Shown here: piece by piece, positions 11,393 through 21,525 of the stretch
Layout of the letters: each line of letters opens with the position of its first letter
Position numbering within the stretch: position 1 is the stretch's first letter
Assembly: GCA_000002445.1 (NCBI GenBank)
Contig: CM000208.1
Span: forward strand, 2,176,001 to 2,240,000
Reading direction: 5' to 3'
Length of the DNA: 64,000 nt
Source: Trypanosoma brucei
Lineage: Eukaryota
Position numbers and translations under genes: made by a program
The notes under the pieces: model-generated
Told to the model about the DNA's origin: nothing
Databases searched by the model: none
What the model saw: the letters and a program-made list of their open reading frames with translations, nothing else

Positions 11393-11928
11393 CTTGACGA
11401 CCCATGATGCTCCCACAAGGCATATAGAGTGGTTGCCCTTATATTTCCATTCCCGTCACTATCTTCTCTCTTTTTTTCTTTTTTCTTTCCTTTTTTTCTT
11501 TCCCTGTGTTGTGTGTGTGTGTCAAACAGAAAAAGGAAACAAAGCTCCGGCAATGCTTCGTGTTTCTCGATTATCCCTTGCCATTGGCACGTACAGCCTG
11601 TTCATGAAGGAGCAAAAGAATAATCCCGCATTGAAGGGACTCCCCGTAGCAAAGCGGGGTCAGGCAACGGCTAAGTTATATCGAGAGCTTTCTGTCACTG
11701 AGCGTGAGGAATTGGCAAAGCGTGCCAAAGCTGCTCCGTCTGCAACGAGGAAAAAATCGGTACCGAAAACAAAAGGTAAAGAAAAGGTTACAGGAGGGGG
11801 AGGCAAACGTAAGGCATCGGAGTACACCGAATTTGTGAAGTCCAACATATCCAAATACAGTAATCTTCCACAACGGGAGCGCATGACTGCCGTAGCAAAG
11901 CTGTGGAAACAGCAGAAACAGATGCGAA
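11393..11928 (+). repeat. Direct repeat unit B (~536 bp), copy of 8398..8933
   Basis: See unit A. Divergence starts at ...GCGAA|AGTAG (copy A) versus ...GCGAA|GTAAG (copy B). Confidence 0.85.
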
Positions 11929-11936
11929 GTAAGTGA
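11553..11936 (+). CDS. Small basic HMG-box protein, copy 2 (identical to copy 1 except the C-terminal ...MRSK vs ...MRK)
   Basis: Lies inside the second ~536-bp direct repeat. The protein is identical to the 8558 copy up to the last 2-3 codons. Confidence 0.75.
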   Translation: MLRVSRLSLAIGTYSLFMKEQKNNPALKGLPVAKRGQATAKLYRELSVTEREELAKRAKAAPSATRKKSVPKTKGKEKVTGGGGKRKASEYTEFVKSNISKYSNLPQRERMTAVAKLWKQQKQMRSK

Positions 11937-12610
11937 TATTCTTCACCTACTGTCACTATGGTGTTGGTCGTTTCCCTAACAATAGAAACTGAGCTTGTCA
12001 CAGCACTTGATACGAAGCGTGTTACAGGTAACTGAGTGTAGTTTCGAACACGTTTACTCGAGTCGGTACGTGGAAGTCGTAAAGTTAGACATTACGTGAA
12101 ATGTTGCAATCCGGCGGTAGCGCTGCCGCAACAGTTTGTTTAATCACCCACAAGCCGAAGGGGTACAGGAACGTGTGAGGGCAAAGAAAATAAAAATAAA
12201 AAAGAGATACATAGAACAAAAAAAACAGATATTCCGGAAGCACGAGCAAAAGCCGAGAGTGGGGCGTACTTAGAACGAAATAGATAGAAACGTGGGTCGC
12301 CACCCCCTTCGCTCCTACTGCATCACTCATATACCTGAAAATACAATCGAAAATGACATGATGCAGCTGTAGCTGCGGTGCATACTATGTTTATTGTTAT
12401 TTTGTACCGCCTTATATATTTGATTCACTTTGTATCACTACTTTTGCCTCATTTGCTTTTCTTCCCCCAACTGTGTAATGGAGGTGCCCACCACCTACAC
12501 ATCCAACCAAGTTAGCAGCAAGGTTATTTGAAGCTATACTCTCCGTTACAAAGTTGATTAAGTAACGCATATTTTTGTTCAGGAAATCCTTTAATAATCG
12601 ATAGGAAGTG

Positions 12611-13120
12611 ATGTTGCGCTTTACACGTTTTGTTGCTGCTGCTGTGAAGAGCGGCGTTGGCAAAAAAGCCGCTAAGACACCACTGCCTGTGGGGAATGCT
12701 GCGAGTGCCAGACGTGGCGCCCGTGTTGATGCCATTCCGTTTAATGACAATGTGTCTGTACCTAAGGTAAATGCCAAAAAGATGGTACCACCTCCAAGTG
12801 TAAGCAACATTGGCAAAGAAAAGGCTGTTTCTTCCATGAAGGCGAGGGGAGGTGCCAAAGTTAATGCGAAACCACTGGCATCCTTAGGAAAGGTTACGAG
12901 TGAGAAGCCAAGTGGCAAGGTAAAGAAGACGCCGTCACCTACGAGGAAACCAACAGAACCTATTACTGTGGTGGAGACATCCTCCGGTAGGAAGGGTGGT
13001 AACAAGGCTGCGTCTTTGGCACCGAAGTTGAAGAAAACTGTGAAGCAAATCCACCGTAAGGTCATGCAAAAAAATGCTGGCCGTAAGCCCAAGAAGGCGA
13101 TGGGTAAGGCGAGTGCTTAA
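12611..13120 (+). CDS. Lys/Ala-rich basic protein with MLRF presequence (169 aa; histone H1-like kinetoplast-associated protein-like, cf. KAP3)
   Basis: The track start at 12608 is GTG and the ATG is at 12611. Composition is K/A/P/S-rich and strongly basic. The N-terminus MLRFTRFVAAAV is presequence-like. The 226-aa antisense ORF 12412..13092 is rejected. Confidence 0.6.
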   Translation: MLRFTRFVAAAVKSGVGKKAAKTPLPVGNAASARRGARVDAIPFNDNVSVPKVNAKKMVPPPSVSNIGKEKAVSSMKARGGAKVNAKPLASLGKVTSEKPSGKVKKTPSPTRKPTEPITVVETSSGRKGGNKAASLAPKLKKTVKQIHRKVMQKNAGRKPKKAMGKASA

Positions 13121-13740
13121 TGCCACATAACAAATAGAATTATGTGAGTGTGAATGAACATATCACATCTGCGTGTGGAAGTAAAGTGGGGTGGGTGATG
13201 ATAGAGGTGCGGAGGGTAGGCGGGAGTATGCAGGTTCCGGGGACTACTGACTAGCGCACTCATGTGTTAGTGGTGTATTACCTTAATACTTGTTGCTTCT
13301 TTTTTCATCCTGTCCTTACCACCACCCAACTCTATTGTTTTCTTTTTCCTTTTCATCGGGTTATCCCGTTGACGCTAGGCGTCACTCAATAGATGCATTT
13401 CCCTGTTGTCGTCGTTTCTTATTTTGTGATATATTTTGTGTAGTCATAGAGTGTTTGAGCATATCACAATGACTTGTGTGCGCGTCTTTTCTTTTCACGT
13501 TTTCGATTATGAGGGAACACACCGTCATTTTGATCACTCAAGAGGGTATCCGCTCACTCGCAGCGTTTCAAGTAACTGCATGAATATGTTATCTTTTTAA
13601 TTTTCTTACCGCTCCTGTTCAGAAATCGACAAATTTTTATTTGTCGATTACACTGTTCTCTTTGTCACAGAAGCATTAATAGATATTTAAATTTTTTTGA
13701 TATTATGTTGCTCTGTTTTTATTGAGGTATTTTCACAATT

Positions 13741-13808
13741 GATATTTATTCCTTTATTTTCTATTTATCACTTTTTCTTTTTTTGTCCTTTCTGATGTTT
13801 TGTATTTC
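13741..13808 (+). promoter_or_regulatory. Polypyrimidine tract ending in CAG before the 13845 ATG
   Basis: T-rich run ending ...TGTATTTCAG. Confidence 0.5.
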
Positions 13809-13844
13809 AGCCAAGGGTTTTCCTTCGTCGGCAAAGGTTTGACG

Positions 13845-15101
13845 ATGCCAATAAAGGGTTCGAGGAAGAGTCCTACGAAGGGCCCAAAAGAGGTGTGTAA
13901 AAATGGGAGCCCTCATGTGGGTCCTGATTCCGTGAGGCGTAAGGAAAACCCAAGCGAATCACTGATATCGCGTCTTCAGTTCATACTTTCTGGTGCAGTG
14001 GGCGGTAGGCCGGGCGGTTGTGCTGATCGAGTTGGTGTCACTGGGCCCCCAAAAGGTGGCGGCGAACTTGTCCGACTTGCTACTATCCTTCACGGTTGCT
14101 TTCTAATTACGATGGCGGGAAAGGCGCAATTAGGTGTTGGTAAGATTGACCATTGCGTCATCGCCACCGTTGACGAACGTTGGCTTGAGGCGATTACTAG
14201 GTACTGTGGTTTTACGGTTGTACCGCGCGATATCATCGAGTGTGGGGCCGCCTTCCCTGAATGGCTCTCTGCTTTCGAATCGGTTGTTGAGCATGGTGTG
14301 TCTAATGGTGGAACAAACTGTGCACATTCAACGCCGGTTGTCAAGGTGAAGTTGGTTCGTAACTTAGTGCCTTCCGTTGCGGAGGCGGAGCAATTCTTGC
14401 GGGAGCGATGGGGTGGGGAAAACTCTTGGCGCCACGGGCGAGTGGAAGAGGTTTTGAACTCCTCCAGCACTGCAGCCGTGAGTTCGAACAGTGCTGGAGA
14501 GGTTTTGCGATTCAACGAAGGTGCTGGCGCTGCTGCGACTTCAGTTGTGGGGAGTGTTAGCGATGAGGAGTTGCTGAGACAACTTTCTGCAGAACTGAGG
14601 GCGACACTAACCGGTGAAAGGCTTAAAGGGGTATTGGCACAGATGCGGAGAGAAGCACTTGGCCTTGAAGCGAGAGAGGAGGAGCTCATTAACAGGCGAC
14701 AGCGGCAGGAACGCCTTCTCTCTACATATGATCTGGCGCGTGTTCTTTTAGGTGAGAAGAGATCAGCCTGCAACGTGGCGGAGCTGGTCGAACAAATGGT
14801 TCGGCAGAATCGTTTTGGGGACGGGAAGGAGGGTATCATTGAACAGCTCGTGTGTCTTACCAAGGTTAAAGAAAGCGGTATGACAATAATTAGGGTGGAT
14901 GAAGGAAAGGGCACCAATGAGTCTAAGCGTAAGAGACGTGCGAAGGCAACTTCTGACACTGCTTCACTTACTTCGAGAAGGGTAGAGCTTAGCGCTAGTT
15001 CCACACTGAAGGAGCTGGAGATTTCCGTTCTTCGGTTAGATCGTACGCTGGCCTCCAGGGCTGGATTGCACCAGGTCTTACAGCGGGAGCAACCCCAGTG
15101 A
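13845..15101 (+). CDS. Hypothetical protein with a central coiled-coil region (~418 aa)
   Basis: The track start at 13800 is TTG and the first ATG is at 13845 (MPIKGS...), directly after the polyY tract 13741-13808 and a CAG. Heptad-like segment: LRQLSAELRATL...EEELINRRQRQERLL. Confidence 0.6.
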   Translation: MPIKGSRKSPTKGPKEVCKNGSPHVGPDSVRRKENPSESLISRLQFILSGAVGGRPGGCADRVGVTGPPKGGGELVRLATILHGCFLITMAGKAQLGVGKIDHCVIATVDERWLEAITRYCGFTVVPRDIIECGAAFPEWLSAFESVVEHGVSNGGTNCAHSTPVVKVKLVRNLVPSVAEAEQFLRERWGGENSWRHGRVEEVLNSSSTAAVSSNSAGEVLRFNEGAGAAATSVVGSVSDEELLRQLSAELRATLTGERLKGVLAQMRREALGLEAREEELINRRQRQERLLSTYDLARVLLGEKRSACNVAELVEQMVRQNRFGDGKEGIIEQLVCLTKVKESGMTIIRVDEGKGTNESKRKRRAKATSDTASLTSRRVELSASSTLKELEISVLRLDRTLASRAGLHQVLQREQPQ

Positions 15102-15212
15102 AAAATGTGTGTTCCGTTCGTTACAGTATGTTTAGTATTTTGATCATTGAGTAGTGTACATTGGAAAGCTGCCACGACTCACCAGTGGTTTGCATAAAAC
15201 TCTAAGGGTGCA

Positions 15213-15305
15213 TGTGTTTTTTATGTTTTCTTCTTTCTTTTTCCGTTTCTTTGTCCTTACGTGGTGTTACCTTTTTAATTCCTTATTTGTTCTTCCCATT
15301 ATCCG
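15213..15305 (+). promoter_or_regulatory. Polypyrimidine tract + downstream AG: candidate trans-splice acceptor region for the 15399 gene (and polyadenylation guide for the upstream gene)
   Basis: ~90 nt that is >90% C/T, followed by AG dinucleotides before the first ATG. Confidence 0.55.
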
Positions 15306-15398
15306 ATGCCATTGTGGGTCAGAGGACCCCAGTCATTAGCAGTTAGGAAGCACAAGTGGGGCAACGTCAGGTGGAGAAAGTGAGTGATTTGCTGCAGG

Positions 15399-18300
15399 AT
15401 GGGCTTACCCTTCCTTTGCCATACTCGCGTTTGTTTGTTCTCCAACAAAATACCTTTCGTTTTGTGTGGTTCCCGCTTCGCCCCAGCAACCCTGCACGCG
15501 CATCACACAGCTGCTGGTGGGGGGGAGACGCTAAACTTTCCTGAGCTGTCGTCACCCTCCACTTCTAAGGAGCCCTCCGTGGGCAGCGATTCACCACAGA
15601 AGAAAAATAAAAAGCAAGCGTTTGATGCCCTGGCACGTTGGTGCGGCGGTCACCAGCAGCTGCTAATGCGAATCCAACAATCGGCCGAAGATACTTCGGC
15701 GGGGGTTGTATTTGAAACCCCATTGACTGAGGTCGACAGCGCCGCGATTAGATGGCTGCAGGGGTCCACGGAACAGCTCACATGTGGGCAATCATTGCTG
15801 GTTTGTAGTTTTGTGTGCGAAGTACTTTATTGCCAGCTCAACAGTGCTTCAGGTGGTATCGGTGTGGAAGAGGCGCAACGACTGCAAATACATGCACTCA
15901 CAAACCGGATTGCGGCACTTCTTCAGAGGGCTGATGAGAGCAACAAACTTGAATCACAACCTCTCTCAGTTCTTATGAGCTGCGCTTACGTAGTACAGCG
16001 TCTCAAGTATGTGGATAACCCTTTGTTCGGGGAGACCCAACGGTCGCTGGTTAAAGTACCACCTTCAATTATGTTTGCACTTCTTCACAAACTGCGTGGT
16101 GATGGTTTGGGGAAGCTATTCCAACTGGACGAGCGCACGGCTACCGATGTTTGCCTTTCCTTTTTATTTATCGCCACTGAGGAGCATCGCCAGGCGTTCT
16201 TTTCCAGCGGGGATGCCGCGCTTGTGAGCAACGTTCTTCGCCGCCTCGTACGGCACACCGCGTCGAAAACACGTAGGATGCGAATCCAGAAGGAGGGTGA
16301 CATCATTGATTTGCTGACTGTGGATTCACCCAGCGACGGAGATGCACGGCAAACCCCTGTGTGTACGAGCGGGACCGGTTTTACTTCACCTAGTATGCGA
16401 GAGTGCGCTATGATTATGCAGAATGTCAGTTTCAGTTCCCCAAGCAACCGATTGGAACTACTGTTGTATTTGTTGTGCGTACGCAGGAACCTTGCACAGT
16501 GCTCGTTAAAGGATATAGAGTTAGTTCCTACCGTTCTCAGTACAGTAGCGAACATCCGCTCAGCGGAGGCGTGCAGTATACGTAAAAAGATAATTTCACA
16601 GTTATGGCTACCGGAAAATAATCCTACACTCGTTGCACAGCTCCTCGTCCACTCGGGCGAATCGATACCGCGCTATGTGACGTACCTGCAAGGGGTACCA
16701 CCGAGCAAGCTTTCTCCTGGGGACGCCACACAAGTGATTCTGTGTGCTGGTACATACCTTTCATATGAATCTTTGCAACTTTACATAATGGCAGCGCTTC
16801 GTGACATTATGCCGAGCTCCTCTTTGATCACATTGGGCGCAGAAACTACGTCTGCGAGTGTGCCGGCAACGGCGTCAGTGCCTACAAGGGTTCCTGCTTG
16901 TGATTCCTTGGAGACTGTTTTGTCGGTGCTGCTTATGCGAGTAGAGGAGAAAGGTGGTAGCCTTAGCGAAGTTGAGAAAGATGCCTGTATGGAGTACATT
17001 CGTCGGTTGAACGAACTTATTGATTGGTGTGCGTCCGCTCCAACATCATCCCCAAAGCTGGCGTTGCAACGATTGATGTTGCTCACGAAACTTTTCAACA
17101 GGGGTCTAGTTGTGCACGCGCCCGAAACAGTTGTGGAGTTGGCTGTGCAGTCGCTTCAACTGGATCCTGGAAATACCATGATGAATACCCTGAAATGCGT
17201 CTCGGAGGCATTGCCGTTAGTTTCCGACGACAAGAAACGGTCCATCATCATTGAAAAGATGATTTCCTACAGTGGCACTCGTACAACTTCGTCGGTAATA
17301 CGCTTTTTGCTGCTTTTGGCTCCACTAGTTGATGCAGATAGTCCACACAGTTGTGAGTTGGTTGAGCAACTGCTAAAGTTTCATACGTTGAATCCCCACA
17401 AGCTGCGGCAAGCATCCGTGGAGGGTGTTGCTAAGGGAATCGATGTTTACACGCTTCTTCTTATTAACGGAATTGACTTCCTTTTGGCTAGTGGGGATTG
17501 GCGTTCATCACCTTCACAACTTCAGAATGTTATTACCACTTGGGTCCGCGATTATACTTTATATGTTATGGATCCAGCGCGAAAACAAAAGATAGATGAT
17601 GGGACCGCGGCGCATGTCGCTCCTGCTACAAAAGGTGAAAAGACCGATGTGGTGCAGCACCAACAACCGTCAAGGCTGAATGAGGGCGGCGAACTCCCCA
17701 CGCTATCCGGTCCCAATGACGATGAACTGGAGCAGGTCTTTACGTGCTTGCTTCGCGCCGGAGTAAAACTACCGCATGCCTTTTCAAGTGAACTTCTTTC
17801 CAGAATTCACCGCCTTCAAGCGAAGCAGAACCCTGCAGACGGTACGGATCAACAGGTTGTATTTCCCCTTCCCGCTCACTTTGTATTCTGCTGCAAACTG
17901 GATGTCCCCGTTGAAGTGTCTGTTACTCCGGAAATGATGAAGTACCATATCGACGCATGTGATTACCGAATAATTCATTGCGTGATCACTGCTTTCTTCT
18001 CAGCTGCCGGAACTTTTAAACACAACATTAACGATCTTTTATTATGCAACATGCGTTTGGCTTCTCGCTCCTTCGAGTTATTCATCCAACGGCTGGGGGA
18101 AGAGGCGAGCAGGTCATTTCGCCCAGCTACCGTTTCGTCTGTCGTGGCAAACACGTTGCGGTTTGTTGTGAACCACATCACGAAGCAGGAGCGGTGCCAA
18201 CGTGTTTTACGGAAGCTTAACGAGAAGGGAGGAATTGAAGCAGGGGAAGAACTAGAAGGTGATCGGTCTCTTATTGTTGAACATACACGGCTTGGTGAAT

Positions 18301-20324
18301 TGTTAACCCGGATGATTGCCTATCTATCGGGTGCGCACGTGAAAAATGTGGGGCTCTCAGTGCTTGATCGGTTGTCTTTGTTGTCCCCCGCCTGTGGAGA
18401 ATACCTCATGATGCGGCTTTCCACACAGCTCAGTGAATTTACGCAGGTGGAGTTGCTCTATCTGGTGCAGAAGTATCCGAAATCACAGGATTTAGTTGCC
18501 GAATTGCTAGGGAAAAGTGATCTTGTGAGTTCGATGGACTTCGGTGATTATATGCGTGTCATGCGAAATCTTCCCATGTCGATTAACGCACTGGTTATTG
18601 GTGCCCATCTACCAGGACTCAACTTTCAGTGGTGCACCCGGATTTTGTCGTCGTTATCAGTGCGACACGAGTCAGTGCCGTTGCATCTTCTGGCGTCGGT
18701 GCTACGGCGTCTCAACGATGTGACAGAAAGCGCTACCCTGACGGACCGCAATATAGCGTTTGTTGTCCTGCAGAAATATCTGCAGTTTGATCAGACATCA
18801 GGCGATGGTGGTGACTTGGAAGAACGGCAGCGACTCATAAAATGCAGTTGCGACAAACTGTTGGTACTGAGCAGGATTAACTCACTTGATACGTTAAAGG
18901 AGTTTCTCGTAGAATTTCCGGAGGCCCTGAGCGGTGTCATTTGTGAAAGTCTGAGTAAGCACGTCGTGCAACATATTGTTGGCGGGTTACTGAAAGATCT
19001 TGACGGCCTCTTGACTCTCTGCCGCCTGTTGCATCGGCACAAACTTCTCACCAGTGATGTCAAGGTGGCAATTGTGGATGGTTTCTTCATGAAGACGCTT
19101 CAGAGCGAGGTAGAAGGTCGTGCTAACATCGAAGGCGAAAGCAGTCAGGGACTTCAGCCGTTGAATTCGCTGAGGGGTGCATCCTTGAAGACAACCCATC
19201 CAGTGTCTAATGTTCTAGCACTTGCTCTGTTACTCAGTGATGGTCCGTTGCATTTTCCCGGGGCCTCCAACAGTTCCAGTACTATTTGTGGTGATAATGA
19301 ACGTTGCGCTGTTAGTAGTATGTTTCAGGTTGTGAAAGAGTCGTATACTTCCCCACGGGACCGACTGCTTATCGCGAACACATTGGTGGGTCAGAAGGGC
19401 CCAAATGCTCTGACTGTTGTCGCAAAAGAAATTTGCACGGAACTGATTGAAAACTGTGAATCTGTGACCTCCAATGATTTTTCTAGACTTCTTCAATGCA
19501 TCAGCAGGCTAAAGTGTTGGTCTGAGCTGGACCTTGCCAACTCACGATTTGACGAAGTTTTTCAGCGGTCCTGCACCCAGGCCGATGCCCACAGCCGCTG
19601 CGTTGCGTTCAGGGCTGTTTCCTTTGAGGCTGACATATTCCGAAGGTACGAATCGTTTATGATTCCTCTTCTTCAAGAAACTGTGGACGTTATGTCGAAC
19701 GAGGATCTTGAAACAGTACTCTCATCAGTGCTTAGCCTGCCGTTTACCGAGGCTTTAGAGTCACTCATCGACGCTATCGGAACCCGACTTCTTCGTATGA
19801 TTGACCAATGCCGACGCAGCGCATTAATTCGACTGTTACAGTGTCATGCTGTCTTCGGCATACAAGACGACGCTCTCGTTAGTATTTGCGTTGCCACGCT
19901 GACGGACCAGTGTGGTCGCGACTTTCGACTGGACACTGCGCAGGTGTTGGCACTCCTTCAGGCTGCGGTCGATCTGGACTTTTTTTTGCCACCTAAGTTG
20001 GTCACCAGTTGCTTCACCTGGCTCGAGCATCACGTGGAAAACATGACCATAACGCAACTGGGCCACGCAGTACGTCTTGCAGTTGACGTGGAAGTGGGTT
20101 ATACTGCCGCCGTGCACACGCTGACACTCCGCGCGTTGGAACAGCGGGATGCCATACGCAGTAATGCGTCGTTTCGTGAGGCGGTGGAAATGCTGTGCGA
20201 TGAGTTCAGCGCCGAGATTCCTTGGCATTTGCGGGCCCCTGTTTTGCGTAGGCGGTACCAGTCGGAAAGACTGCTGGAGTACCTCGACAAGCGGAGACTG
20301 GCCGTTGACTCTACAGTTGCGTAG
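15399..20324 (+). CDS. Large conserved hypothetical protein (~1640 aa; alternative start at 15666 gives ~1552 aa)
   Basis: Uninterrupted 4.9-kb + frame, Leu-rich and of complex composition. The track start at 15384 is GTG. The first ATG after the strong polyY tract 15213-15305 is 15399. A second polyY/AG at 15407-15486 would instead make 15666 the first AUG. Confidence 0.6.
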   Translation: MGLPFLCHTRVCLFSNKIPFVLCGSRFAPATLHAHHTAAGGGETLNFPELSSPSTSKEPSVGSDSPQKKNKKQAFDALARWCGGHQQLLMRIQQSAEDTSAGVVFETPLTEVDSAAIRWLQGSTEQLTCGQSLLVCSFVCEVLYCQLNSASGGIGVEEAQRLQIHALTNRIAALLQRADESNKLESQPLSVLMSCAYVVQRLKYVDNPLFGETQRSLVKVPPSIMFALLHKLRGDGLGKLFQLDERTATDVCLSFLFIATEEHRQAFFSSGDAALVSNVLRRLVRHTASKTRRMRIQKEGDIIDLLTVDSPSDGDARQTPVCTSGTGFTSPSMRECAMIMQNVSFSSPSNRLELLLYLLCVRRNLAQCSLKDIELVPTVLSTVANIRSAEACSIRKKIISQLWLPENNPTLVAQLLVHSGESIPRYVTYLQGVPPSKLSPGDATQVILCAGTYLSYESLQLYIMAALRDIMPSSSLITLGAETTSASVPATASVPTRVPACDSLETVLSVLLMRVEEKGGSLSEVEKDACMEYIRRLNELIDWCASAPTSSPKLALQRLMLLTKLFNRGLVVHAPETVVELAVQSLQLDPGNTMMNTLKCVSEALPLVSDDKKRSIIIEKMISYSGTRTTSSVIRFLLLLAPLVDADSPHSCELVEQLLKFHTLNPHKLRQASVEGVAKGIDVYTLLLINGIDFLLASGDWRSSPSQLQNVITTWVRDYTLYVMDPARKQKIDDGTAAHVAPATKGEKTDVVQHQQPSRLNEGGELPTLSGPNDDELEQVFTCLLRAGVKLPHAFSSELLSRIHRLQAKQNPADGTDQQVVFPLPAHFVFCCKLDVPVEVSVTPEMMKYHIDACDYRIIHCVITAFFSAAGTFKHNINDLLLCNMRLASRSFELFIQRLGEEASRSFRPATVSSVVANTLRFVVNHITKQERCQRVLRKLNEKGGIEAGEELEGDRSLIVEHTRLGELLTRMIAYLSGAHVKNVGLSVLDRLSLLSPACGEYLMMRLSTQLSEFTQVELLYLVQKYPKSQDLVAELLGKSDLVSSMDFGDYMRVMRNLPMSINALVIGAHLPGLNFQWCTRILSSLSVRHESVPLHLLASVLRRLNDVTESATLTDRNIAFVVLQKYLQFDQTSGDGGDLEERQRLIKCSCDKLLVLSRINSLDTLKEFLVEFPEALSGVICESLSKHVVQHIVGGLLKDLDGLLTLCRLLHRHKLLTSDVKVAIVDGFFMKTLQSEVEGRANIEGESSQGLQPLNSLRGASLKTTHPVSNVLALALLLSDGPLHFPGASNSSSTICGDNERCAVSSMFQVVKESYTSPRDRLLIANTLVGQKGPNALTVVAKEICTELIENCESVTSNDFSRLLQCISRLKCWSELDLANSRFDEVFQRSCTQADAHSRCVAFRAVSFEADIFRRYESFMIPLLQETVDVMSNEDLETVLSSVLSLPFTEALESLIDAIGTRLLRMIDQCRRSALIRLLQCHAVFGIQDDALVSICVATLTDQCGRDFRLDTAQVLALLQAAVDLDFFLPPKLVTSCFTWLEHHVENMTITQLGHAVRLAVDVEVGYTAAVHTLTLRALEQRDAIRSNASFREAVEMLCDEFSAEIPWHLRAPVLRRRYQSERLLEYLDKRRLAVDSTVA

Positions 20325-20599
20325 CTTGCTCGTGGATAGCCGGAGTGGCAGTGGGGAGTGCATCTTGTTGAAACTTGTATTATTTTTTCCCAACACTTTG
20401 TGTTGGTTCACTCGCGGCTTGGTCGCTACGTATCACTTTTTGTATCGTTGTGTACGTCGAAAGGATTGTTTGCCGAAATACTATATGTAATCACATTTTC
20501 CAAGCGAGTGATCCTCATGTGTTTGTACTAACTATATGCTAATTTCTCCCTGTTAAACTCCGCTTCTCCCTCTGATGTGCTTGACTTCTTGAAGCGCCT

Positions 20600-21280
20600 A
20601 TGATGCCTGCACCGAACGATGGCATATTAACGGAGGAGATAGTTCTCCGGTGTTCTCGGCAATATGACGTAGACGCCGTGCGGTTTGTTGTGCTGCACGG
20701 GTTGCGGTTGAGAAAATTGGGGGATGGTTTCGCTAAATGTAGTGCAATTGTGCGATTGGATATCTCAAGGAACAACCTCACTAGTCTCTCTGGCATTGAG
20801 CCGACCGCAGGTTCGCTGCAGTACCTCAACGCAGCGGAGAACCTCATCACGGATGTTTCCGCAGTAAAAGAGTGCAAATTACTGGAGGTGGTGATGTTGG
20901 AGGGGAACAGGATTGGTAGCGAAGCTGCTCTCCGACCCCTAGCACAACTGCCTGAACTCCGCCAGCTTGTGCTAAAAAGGGAGGTAGCCTTAGAGGATGC
21001 GGATGAAACGTTGGAGTTGGACAATCCCGTGTGCGAAAAGGGAGGGTACGAGGAGATCATACGCCGTTACTTTTCTTCGGTCATGTTTGTGGACGGTTGT
21101 TATATGCTAAATGAGGCGACTTCTGACGTTGTGACTAGCGTGTTCAAACCACTACCACCCCTTGATACACTAAAAGCACCGCAGGATAGCAATGCAAAAG
21201 CTGACGTGGAGGAACGATTGTTTGTAAACGTTGTCGCAGAGTGCGCTGAGGCTTGTCGGAAGGCGCTGGCATTACGGTGA
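20600..21280 (+). CDS. Leucine-rich repeat protein (226 aa; SDS22/U2A'-like LRRs)
   Basis: ATG start. Repeated LxxLxLxxNxI(x)x units (LDISRNNLTSLSGIEP..LQYLNAAENLITDVSAV..LEVVMLEGNRIGS). Confidence 0.7.
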   Translation: MMPAPNDGILTEEIVLRCSRQYDVDAVRFVVLHGLRLRKLGDGFAKCSAIVRLDISRNNLTSLSGIEPTAGSLQYLNAAENLITDVSAVKECKLLEVVMLEGNRIGSEAALRPLAQLPELRQLVLKREVALEDADETLELDNPVCEKGGYEEIIRRYFSSVMFVDGCYMLNEATSDVVTSVFKPLPPLDTLKAPQDSNAKADVEERLFVNVVAECAEACRKALALR

Positions 21281-21525
21281 GACATGTTCAGTACATTGGT
21301 TATCTATTAGGAGTGGGATAGGCATTCTGAACTGGAACTCTTTACCTGAATCAACTGGGAGAGTTGCTGCAGCTTCATCACACTGCTGTTCTTTGCTTAA
21401 CCCGTATCGTTTTTATTTTTATTCCGAAATAGGAGTGCGCTTTGGAACTACAAAGACAGCGTAATTCTCACTTTACTTCCCATATCTGTCTTGTTGTGAT
21501 ATATATTGTGTAGGTGTGGGTAATA

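Noticed and set aside
14090-15175. 361-aa minus-strand ORF, and similar long antisense ORFs at 4941..5834 (297 aa), 12412..13092 (226 aa), 22168..22734 and 16085..16555
   Set aside because: Each lies fully inside a stronger + strand gene and is Ser/Thr/Ala/Arg low-complexity, the mirror of GC-rich sense codons. None has a polypyrimidine/AG context. In a unidirectional kinetoplastid array such antisense ORFs are expected artefacts.
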